The notes under the pieces are model-generated. The model saw only the letters and a list, made by a program, of their open reading frames with translations, was not told where the DNA came from and did no database searches. A stretch of DNA of 64,000 bases from an uncultured Gemmatimonadaceae bacterium. Its GTDB lineage: Bacteria > Gemmatimonadota > Gemmatimonadetes > Gemmatimonadales > Gemmatimonadaceae. The DNA is taken from assembly GCA_963740355.1 (NCBI GenBank), contig CAVUDW010000002.1, positions 2,016,001 to 2,080,000 of the forward strand. Reading direction: 5' to 3'. Below are positions 10,230 through 17,973 of this stretch, in pieces. How positions within the stretch are numbered: the stretch's first letter is position 1; each line of letters begins with the position of its first letter. The translations under genes were made by a program, and so were the position numbers.

Positions 10230-10269
10230 TCCTGAAGCTCGCGCGCTCACGTGCGCCTGGTAAGTCGGC

Positions 10270-10530
10270 CTTGGACGCCTTTGGCGGCATTGGTCCACAC
10301 TCCCTCACGCGGAGGCGCGGGGGACGCGGAGCCGCGGGGAACAGCAGGGGGCTGAGGATGGGACGCCTGTGGCGGCGATGGTCCACACTTCCTCACGCGG
10401 AGCCGCGGGGGACGCGGAGCCGCGGGGAACAGCAGAGGGGTTCAGGCTTGGACGCCTTTGGCGGCATTGGTCCACACTCCCTCACGCGGAGGCGCGGGGG
10501 ACGCGGAGCCGCGGGGAACAGCAGAGGGGT
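10270..10530. repeat. Three tandem 88-89 bp repeats containing the core TCACGCGGAG(G/C)CGCGGGGGACGCGGAGCCGCGGGGAAC
   Basis: GGACGCC anchors at 10273, 10361 and 10450; units 1 and 3 are nearly identical. Confidence 0.95.
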
Positions 10531-10653
10531 TGGGGTGATCGTGGAAGTCCGAATGACGGCTGTGTGACGCCGCATGCGACCATTCAATCGCAGGCAGCAA
10601 CGAAAGTCGGAAGCGACGAAGACTTGCGCATTCCACCGACCCCTCCTCAAGCA

Positions 10654-10691
10654 GTTCCCCGCGGCTCCGCGTCCCCCGCGGCTCCGCGTGA
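10654..10691. repeat. Inverted copy of the 38-bp repeat core
   Basis: GTTCCCCGCGGCTCCGCGTCCCCCGCGGCTCCGCGTGA is the exact reverse complement of 10393-10430 and has one mismatch to 10482-10519. Confidence 0.95.
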
Positions 10692-10769
10692 TCAGAAACT
10701 GGGTCTATCGCCGGCGTAGCCGTCCGATTCCACGATTCCCCAAGTCACCTTTTTCAAATGCGAGGAAGA

Positions 10770-11192
10770 ATGAGTCGCGAGCCTGATGAAATCACTGCGA
10801 TCATCATCGAAGAGGCGATCGAGCTGCATCGCCGACTTGGCCCGGGTTTGATGGAGTCGGTCTACGAGGCAGTACTGGCTAAAATGCTGCGCAAGCGGGG
10901 ACTGGAGGTGGTCCGACAGGCGCTGGTCCGGATCGAGATCGATGGCGAGATCTTCGACGAAGGTTTCCGTGCGGATCTGATCGTCGTCGATTGTGTGATC
11001 GTGGAACTCAAGTCGATCGAGCGGTTGCTCGCAGATCACAAGAAGCAGCTGCTGACGTACTTGCGGCTGGCGCACATGCCGGTCGGCCTGCTGCTCAATT
11101 TTGGCGCGCCCACAATGAAGGCCGGTTTGCGGAGGGTGGTGAACAACTACCAGCCGTCGGCCGACAGCCGACTTCGTGTGAATCAAGGCTAG
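10770..11192 (+). CDS. GxxExxY protein (PD-(D/E)XK nuclease superfamily)
   Basis: LGPGLMESVYE (GxxExxY), RADLIV..IVELKS, QLLTYL, GLLLNFG; ATG 10770 with GAGGA upstream. Confidence 0.93.
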   Translation: MSREPDEITAIIIEEAIELHRRLGPGLMESVYEAVLAKMLRKRGLEVVRQALVRIEIDGEIFDEGFRADLIVVDCVIVELKSIERLLADHKKQLLTYLRLAHMPVGLLLNFGAPTMKAGLRRVVNNYQPSADSRLRVNQG

Positions 11193-11234
11193 GACGGCGT
11201 GCCTAGGTAACCGTCGCGTGATAGCTTTTCGCAC

Positions 11235-12251
11235 ATGCCGACTCTACTGCTGACCGACAAGGACGTGGCCGAGCTGTTGCCGATGCGGGAGTGCATCGAG
11301 GTGATGGCGGGGGCGCTGCGACGGGTGACGGAGGGGGAGGCGGTGTTGCCGCTGCGGACCGTGCTGCGCCTGGCGGGGACCACGAATGCGTTTGCATCGA
11401 TGCCTGCGATCGTTGGCAGCGGGACCGACGCATCGATCGGGGCGAAGGTCATCACCGTGTTCCCCGGGAATGACGCCACGCCATACGATTCGCACATCGG
11501 CGTCGTGTTGCTGTTCGACGCGCAGTTCGGAACGCTGCTCGCGATTGCAGACGCGTCGAGCATCACCGCCATTCGCACATCGGCAGTGTCCGGCCTTGCC
11601 ACACGCCACCTCGCGCGCGAGGACGCCAGCACCCTGGCCATACTCGGCGCCGGCGTGCTCGCGTTGCCGCACATAGAAGCCGTGTGTGCCGTCCGCCCAA
11701 TCCAGACGATCCGGATCTGGAGCCGATCGGGTGGTGGGGCGGGGAGTCGTGCTTCCGTGCTGGCCGAGCGAGTGCGGGACGCCTTCGAGAGTGACGTGGT
11801 CGTGTCGACGAGTGTGGAAGATGCCGTGCGTGACGCCCATGTCGTCTGCACCATCACCTCCTCGCGCGCACCCGTGCTGGAAGGGCGCTGGCTGTTGCCG
11901 GGAACGCATGTCAATGCCGTGGGTGCGTCGATGAAGGATGCGCGTGAACTCGATACGCAGGCCATTCAGATGTCGCGACTCTTCGCCGATCGGCGTGAAT
12001 CGGTGCTCAATGAGTCTGGCGACTTTCTCATTCCACAGAGTGAAGGCGCCATCAGCGCAGATCACCTGCTGGGAGAGCTTGGAGAACTCGTCACGGGTCG
12101 GCTCGCCGGGCGCACATCGGCCGATCAGGTCACGGTTTTCAAGTCGCTCGGGCTGGCGGTCGAAGACGTTGCGGCGTTGCGGCACATCCATGCCGCCGCC
12201 ATTGCGACGGGCCGCGGCACCATGATCGACCTCGGTGGACATCGCCATTGA
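11235..12251 (+). CDS. Ornithine cyclodeaminase / mu-crystallin family protein
   Basis: GAKVITVFPGN, TAIRTSAVS, GAGVLA, HVNAVGA, FKSLGLAVEDVAA. Confidence 0.92.
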   Translation: MPTLLLTDKDVAELLPMRECIEVMAGALRRVTEGEAVLPLRTVLRLAGTTNAFASMPAIVGSGTDASIGAKVITVFPGNDATPYDSHIGVVLLFDAQFGTLLAIADASSITAIRTSAVSGLATRHLAREDASTLAILGAGVLALPHIEAVCAVRPIQTIRIWSRSGGGAGSRASVLAERVRDAFESDVVVSTSVEDAVRDAHVVCTITSSRAPVLEGRWLLPGTHVNAVGASMKDARELDTQAIQMSRLFADRRESVLNESGDFLIPQSEGAISADHLLGELGELVTGRLAGRTSADQVTVFKSLGLAVEDVAALRHIHAAAIATGRGTMIDLGGHRH

Positions 12252-12291
12252 AGTGAGCGTCGCGCGGTCGCGTGCCGATCAACCGCGAGGG

Positions 12292-13290
12292 TTACCGCGG
12301 TGCGCGCCTTGACGCCAACGTTGCAAGCGCACGCGACGAGATCAGGAACGAAAAGCCGTCGAATGGGAACGTCACCGCCCCTTGCGAGGCCTCGCTCCCC
12401 TTTGCGCGTCCAGAGAGTATCTCGTGGAAGGCGCGCTGGGCACGCAGCAGGACTGCCGGATCAACGACGGCGACGTTGTGTGCCGGCAGGACTCGCTTGA
12501 CCTGCGGGAGCAGGGCTGCCAAGCGGTCGATCGAGCGCCCGTAGTCTGCAAGGTTCGTCTCCTGCATGAAGAGCCAGATCGGCCCGGCGTAGAACGTGTC
12601 GCCCGTCCAGAGCAATCCTGCCTGTCGGTCCAGCAGGGCAAGCGCGTCGGGCGTGTGGCCAGGCACACTCACCACCTCGATCGTGCGACCGCCCAGGGCA
12701 AACCGCTCCCCATCTTTCACCGGTGCACTCGACTGCCACGGGTGCAGTCGGAACGCCGCTGTGTCGAGTCCCGGCACAACGTTGCCACAGAGGGCTGTCG
12801 TCGTGACCTCGCTGGCGAGGTCGGTATGTGTCTTGCCGCGTTTGTTGCGTTCGGTATAAGGGCCACGCATCGCGCGCACATCGCTGAACTCGAAGTTGCC
12901 GCCGCTATGATCGAAGTGCGTGTGCGAATTGATGACGGTGACGGGCAGCGTGGTCAGCCGGCTCACGATCGGCCTGATCGGTCGCATCCCCAGACCCGTG
13001 TCGAACAGGAGCGCGCGGTCGCGGCCAACGATCAGCCAGGAGATGACTTCCTGGAATTGTCGAGCCTCGACCAGCGCGAAGACTCCAGGTTCCACCGCGC
13101 GCACGTCGAACCAGCCATCGCTGGCGGGAACGGTCGGATACCGGCTGTTTGCGGCCGTATGCGCGGCGTCGCAGACCGCCATGGGCCGCAGCTGCGCCTG
13201 GAGGTTGCTGCACAGCAGAAGTGCCGCGGCAACGGTTGACCAGCGGGCGGCGCCGCCCGCGTCAGCGCGGATCTTCCGGGTGTCTGGCAT
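12292..13290 (-). CDS. MBL-fold metallo-hydrolase, exported
   Basis: SHTHFDHSGG (HxHxDH), PGHT, TGD, PAHN; signal-like N-terminus. Start at MPDTRK assumed. Confidence 0.88.
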   Translation of the reverse strand: MPDTRKIRADAGGAARWSTVAAALLLCSNLQAQLRPMAVCDAAHTAANSRYPTVPASDGWFDVRAVEPGVFALVEARQFQEVISWLIVGRDRALLFDTGLGMRPIRPIVSRLTTLPVTVINSHTHFDHSGGNFEFSDVRAMRGPYTERNKRGKTHTDLASEVTTTALCGNVVPGLDTAAFRLHPWQSSAPVKDGERFALGGRTIEVVSVPGHTPDALALLDRQAGLLWTGDTFYAGPIWLFMQETNLADYGRSIDRLAALLPQVKRVLPAHNVAVVDPAVLLRAQRAFHEILSGRAKGSEASQGAVTFPFDGFSFLISSRALATLASRRAPR

Positions 13291-13624
13291 CAGGTAGCGT
13301 AACGTCGAACTCGCTGGAGGCGCCACCGTCGGCTGAGCCTGTGAAGCTGCCGCGGCGCCGGTTGGCTTGGGAGATGTGCTAAATTTGGCGATCGCCGTGG
13401 CTGCGACCGCCACGTGACGAGAGCCTGAGGGCGCCGCGGAGCTGACGGCGCAGTCGAGGCCGCCGTGTCATCGACGCGGGAGCAGCGCGGATATTCCCCG
13501 GACCGGCACGATCGCAACATCGATCGTCGTGCCGATCGTCCCGCCGGTCATCGCCGCATGGAGCGCCTCCGCGCTCCGGATACACGTATCGCTCGACACA
13601 CCCGACCACACGCCCCAAGGATCA

Positions 13625-14677
13625 ATGTTCGATTCCGTTACTTCCGATGTGCGATTTCGCGCGCTTCTCAGCGCGGCTGCCGTCGTCGTCATCGTTGGTG
13701 GGTTGCGCTCGGCGGCGGGCGTGCTCGATCCGCTGTTGATGGCGGGCGTCGTGGTGGCATGTGCGGCGCCATTGCAGGAGCAGCTGCGCCGGCGCGGTAT
13801 TCCGCGCGGGTGGGCGATGGCCGTGACCTCGATCGCCGTCGTAATCGCGCTGCTCGCATTCGTCGTCCTGATCGGGTACGCAGGCAAGGCGCTCGTCGAT
13901 ACCGTGCCGCGGTATCAGGAACGGCTGAATGCGCTCGTGGCGTCCGGGGCAGCCTGGCTCGACGGTCATGGCGTCGACGCCTCGAAGTCGAAGCTGCTGG
14001 AAATGGTAAACCCAGCGCGCATCATCGCCCTCGCCTCTGACCTTGCGCAGGGACTGGGCGGCGCCATGAGTGAGGCGCTGCTGATCGTGATGCTGTCGAT
14101 CTTCCTGCTCATCGAGTCCAGTGCATTCTGGCGCAAGCGCGGCAAGCGGAAGGGAATTCCTGCCGCTGAATCGACTTGGCAACATCGCTTCGAGCTGATC
14201 GCGACCGACGTGCAGCAGTATGTCTCGATCACGATGCTGACGGGATTCATCTATGCAGTCGCCGTCTGGATCGTGATGATGCTCCTCGGAACGGACCTCC
14301 CGGTGCTGTGGGCCATCGTGGCGCTGGTCTTGAGCTTCGTGCCTGGCGTCGGGTTCGTGCTCTCGATGATTCCACCCGCCGCACTCACGCTGCTCGAGTT
14401 CGGGATCCCACGGACCGCGGTGCTGGTGGCCTCGTTCGTGGTGCTGAACAGTGTGGTGGACAACGTGATCAAGCCACGGTTCATGAAGCAGGGGTTCGAT
14501 CTTGGGCCCTTCGTCATGTTCGCGTCGGTGCTGTTCTGGGCCTACGTCCTTGGACCTGTTGGTGGACTACTCGCCATCCCGCTCACCACGACCGTCCGGC
14601 GACTGGTGTTGACGCCGGCCGAAGTCGAGGCTGAGCACGATGTGCAAGATGCGGAACTGGCCGAGGTGCCAGCATGA
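13625..14677 (+). CDS. AI-2E family transporter
   Basis: Multi-TM; LSFVPGVG, DNVIKPRFMKQG, LFWAYVLGPVGGLLAIPLT motifs. Confidence 0.9.
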   Translation: MFDSVTSDVRFRALLSAAAVVVIVGGLRSAAGVLDPLLMAGVVVACAAPLQEQLRRRGIPRGWAMAVTSIAVVIALLAFVVLIGYAGKALVDTVPRYQERLNALVASGAAWLDGHGVDASKSKLLEMVNPARIIALASDLAQGLGGAMSEALLIVMLSIFLLIESSAFWRKRGKRKGIPAAESTWQHRFELIATDVQQYVSITMLTGFIYAVAVWIVMMLLGTDLPVLWAIVALVLSFVPGVGFVLSMIPPAALTLLEFGIPRTAVLVASFVVLNSVVDNVIKPRFMKQGFDLGPFVMFASVLFWAYVLGPVGGLLAIPLTTTVRRLVLTPAEVEAEHDVQDAELAEVPA

Positions 14678-15555
14678 AGCACCTGCGAAGCCTGGTGCGA
14701 CTGATGGCGATCGCCGTGGCGATGTCGGCCTGCGGTCGATCTGATCCAGTTGCGCGGGAGCGTGTCGTCGAACGCGACCAACTGCGCCGCGAGGTGGCAG
14801 GGTACCGGTCGCTGACGAAGATGGCGCCCGGAAAGATCATGGATCGGGAGCATGAAGTGCTGGTGAGTGTGAGCGATACGCTGCTGCGCTCCCTGATCAG
14901 TGCGGCGCTTCCGATCACGGTCGATATCCAGAACAAGCTGACGGTGACCTTCACCAGCGCCGATGTGTTGTTTCGCGCCAACGTCGCACGCGTGAACATT
15001 GCCGGAACGGTCAGGCGTTCGACCTACCCACATGTCTCGGCGGCGGTGCTGCTCCGTGGCGCGCTGGACAGCTTCGTGGTGGACAAGAAGCATGCATTGC
15101 GGGCCCGCATCAACATCGACGACGTGTCGCTGGACACACCAGCCGGCGCACCGGCAGCGCTCGATCCATTGGTCATCAACGTGCTGCAGACGATCATCGA
15201 ACGAAGCCTGCCGGAATTGACCGAGAGCTTGCCGTCGATCGCAATTCCGGTGCGGCTCGACGAGGCCATGAAGCTCCCGGGCTTCGGGCCGGAGGGCGCG
15301 CTCACGGTGCAGCCCAGCACCGCACCGATGACCGTCACCGCCTCACGCATCATCGCGTTTCGCAACCGGCTCTGGATCATCCTCAAGGTCGAACTCGGCG
15401 AGTTCGTGAGTGGCGTCACCGCCGCCGCGCCAGGCGTGACGCCGAGCGCGAAGTCTGACACGACCACACCCGGTTTGCAGAAAGTACTGCCGAAGGTGAT
15501 ACCGAAGGTCGTGCCGAAAGTCACGGCCAAGGTGACACAGGGGGCCACACCGTGA
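14674..15555 (+). CDS. Hypothetical lipoprotein
   Basis: Lipobox AMSAC; ATGA overlap with the AI-2E gene; PKV repeats at the C-terminus. Confidence 0.75.
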   Translation: MKHLRSLVRLMAIAVAMSACGRSDPVARERVVERDQLRREVAGYRSLTKMAPGKIMDREHEVLVSVSDTLLRSLISAALPITVDIQNKLTVTFTSADVLFRANVARVNIAGTVRRSTYPHVSAAVLLRGALDSFVVDKKHALRARINIDDVSLDTPAGAPAALDPLVINVLQTIIERSLPELTESLPSIAIPVRLDEAMKLPGFGPEGALTVQPSTAPMTVTASRIIAFRNRLWIILKVELGEFVSGVTAAAPGVTPSAKSDTTTPGLQKVLPKVIPKVVPKVTAKVTQGATP

Positions 15556-16796
15556 AGCGATGGATTCTGTGGACGCTTGGCGTGCTCATCCTGGTTCCGA
15601 CGCTGGTGTTCACCTTCTTTGCGCTGCTGTATCGCACAAAGGCCGAGCGCGAGGATCCAGCGAAAGTCCGTCAGGAGATCGCATCGTTGACGAAGGTGCG
15701 CGACTCGCTTCGCATCCTCGTGAATGACGCCGCATCGACCAGTGACCTGCTGGACAAGCAGCCGCCAGGCGACATCGTGATCGGGCTGCCGACGCCCTTC
15801 GTCGATGCGGTGGTGCGCAGCGTGGTGCTGGGCTGGTTCCACGACGTGGACCTGCACCTGCCGCCGATGAAGGTGCACAAGATGGGGGAGGTGAAGGCGA
15901 AACTCGGCCTCTTTGGACGGCGCACCGTCGGTGCCTACTCGATCGACGTCACACTGCTGGACGTCCATGGCCGACTGCAGCCTGGCTTGCCGGAGCTGTC
16001 ATTCGGTGGTGACGTGATCAAGATCGGCATTCCGGTACGAGTGGCGGGCGGCACCGGTATCGCGCGTATTACGGCCGACTGGCAGTCGAAGGGTTTCGCA
16101 GGCCCAGTGTGCGGCAACATGAGCACCACAGGGGATGTGACCGGTCAGGTGCGCGCACGCACTTACACTGCCTCGGGCCGGCTGGTGCTGAGTGCAGAAG
16201 AGGGAACCGTGCTGGTGGACCCGTCCTTTCCGGACCTCGCGATCCGGTTATTCGTCGACCCCTCTGCGGGATCGGTGTCGGCACTCGACTCGCTGCTCGC
16301 CACCCGTGGTGGACTGTGCGGCTATGCGATCGAGAAGTCGCGTGCCAGCGAGCGGATTCAGGAGCTGGTCGGACGGGGCTTCAAGGTGAAGATCCCACAG
16401 CGATTCTTCCGTGCGATTCACCTGCCGGTGGCGGTGGAGACCTCCGTGCCGGTGCAGGATCGCGAGGTGGGGCTCGAGGTCCGACCGAGTGGACTCGCGG
16501 TGACGCCGTCGACGGTATGGATTGCGGCGAATGTGTCGACGACGGCTGCGGCGAAGCCGGTCGCGCCTGCGGCGAAGGTACCCGAGGTCAGTCGCACCAG
16601 GGAACCGGCAACAGCCAGCGACTCCGTTCGGAAGCCAGTTCGCAAGCCGGTTCGCAAACCGGCTCGTAGTTCGACGCGTGATTCGACACGCGACACTTCG
16701 CGCGCAAAGGTGAAGCGCGATTCGACACGCGACACGTCGCGCACAAAAGTGGCCCGCGATTCGACACGCGATACTTCGCGTGCAAAGGTGCCGTGA
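15552..16796 (+). CDS. Hypothetical membrane-anchored protein with C-terminal repeats
   Basis: N-terminal TM helix; GTGA overlap with the previous gene; RKP(V/A) x3 and RDSTRDTSR(A/T)KV x3 tail. Confidence 0.75.
   Translation: MKRWILWTLGVLILVPTLVFTFFALLYRTKAEREDPAKVRQEIASLTKVRDSLRILVNDAASTSDLLDKQPPGDIVIGLPTPFVDAVVRSVVLGWFHDVDLHLPPMKVHKMGEVKAKLGLFGRRTVGAYSIDVTLLDVHGRLQPGLPELSFGGDVIKIGIPVRVAGGTGIARITADWQSKGFAGPVCGNMSTTGDVTGQVRARTYTASGRLVLSAEEGTVLVDPSFPDLAIRLFVDPSAGSVSALDSLLATRGGLCGYAIEKSRASERIQELVGRGFKVKIPQRFFRAIHLPVAVETSVPVQDREVGLEVRPSGLAVTPSTVWIAANVSTTAAAKPVAPAAKVPEVSRTREPATASDSVRKPVRKPVRKPARSSTRDSTRDTSRAKVKRDSTRDTSRTKVARDSTRDTSRAKVP
16677..16793. repeat. 3 x 39-bp in-frame coding tandem repeat
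   Basis: CG(T/C)GATTCGACACGCGA(C/T)AC(T/G)TCGCG..AAA(G/A)GTG units starting at 16677, 16716 and 16755. Confidence 0.85.
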
Positions 16797-17080
16797 CCAT
16801 GCCGTGATGGTGCTGTTCGGGTACCGACAATGCATTCGCATTTCATCGTATGCTGCACGAAGAGCCTGTAAGGAATCCCCTTACGGGCTATGTGATTGCG
16901 CGATCGTATTCGCTGATGACACTTGCCGAGATTCACGTCATTCGATCAACAGGTCTCTTGACGAGAACTGGTCCGGACTGCTACACATGAGCGCGTGCAC
17001 CCTGCCGGCGTCGGCAGCCTGCACGCGCCACCGCATGAGCGTGTGAGGTCTGCGACGCTCATTTCGCGAGGACTGCCGTC

Positions 17081-17899
17081 ATGGGCGATCGCTTGCACGA
17101 CCTGCTCGATAGTGCGTTGTCAGCGCCCGTCATCGGACAGGTGCGCACACGACGTTTCGACCGGTTCTTTCGCACGGGTCTCGTGCCTGGACTCTGTCGT
17201 GGTGTGTACGACACGTACATCCAGGCTGCCGCCGCGGCCCCGCAGACACTCCCGCTTGGCTACGACCACGAGTCGGCGGGCGATCTGTATCCCGAGCGGC
17301 TCGATCATGTGTATCCGGGCGACTACCCGATGATGGTCTGGCTGACGAAGGCCTTCGCTGGTGGCGTGACGCGAGTCTTCGATCTCGGCGGCCACGTCGG
17401 GATCAGCTACTACGCGTACCAGCCGTACATCCAGTATCCGGAGGGGCTCCGCTGGGAGCTGCACGACGTGCCCGCCGTCGCTGCCAAGGGGCGCGAAATC
17501 GCTGCGCTCCGGGATCATCGGAAGGCACTCACCTTCGTCGATGATTTCAACTATGCAGCCGACGCACAACTGCTCTTCACGTCAGGGTGCCTGCAATACC
17601 TCGAGGAAACGCTGCCGATGAAACTGTCTCGGTTGCGCATGCGGCCGGAGTGGGTGCTGATCAACCTGATCCCGATGCATGCGCAGCATGATTTCTGGAC
17701 GGTGCAGAGCATCCAGAATGCCTTCTGCCCATACCACATCCAGCACGACGCGACATTCTTCCGTGGAATGGAAGACCTGGGCTACGACACCCTTGATCGT
17801 TGGGTGAACGCCGAGAAGCGCTGCGAGGTGAAGTTCCGGCCAGAGCACAGCGTGGAGGGGTACGTCGGAGCGGCCTTCAAGCTTCGCTCCCGCAGTTGA
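17081..17899 (+). CDS. Putative methyltransferase, TIGR04325 (LIC12133)-like
   Basis: DYPMMVWL, VFDLGGHVGISYY, HDVPAV, SGCLQYL, TVQSI..FCPY. Confidence 0.8.
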   Translation: MGDRLHDLLDSALSAPVIGQVRTRRFDRFFRTGLVPGLCRGVYDTYIQAAAAAPQTLPLGYDHESAGDLYPERLDHVYPGDYPMMVWLTKAFAGGVTRVFDLGGHVGISYYAYQPYIQYPEGLRWELHDVPAVAAKGREIAALRDHRKALTFVDDFNYAADAQLLFTSGCLQYLEETLPMKLSRLRMRPEWVLINLIPMHAQHDFWTVQSIQNAFCPYHIQHDATFFRGMEDLGYDTLDRWVNAEKRCEVKFRPEHSVEGYVGAAFKLRSRS

Positions 17900-17973
17900 T
17901 CAGCCGCGCCCCTGACCCACTGGCTCGCTCAGGCGCGCGCCGCTGCGCGTCGGGCGAGGCCCGCCGACACCGA

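Noticed and set aside
10270..10530. Tandem repeats as a CRISPR array
   Set aside because: Units are similar along their whole 88-89 bp with no unique spacers, and no cas genes are in the window.
13291..13624. Small ORFs between the MBL hydrolase and the AI-2E gene
   Set aside because: No convincing RBS, motif or protein-like composition; treated as a divergent promoter region.
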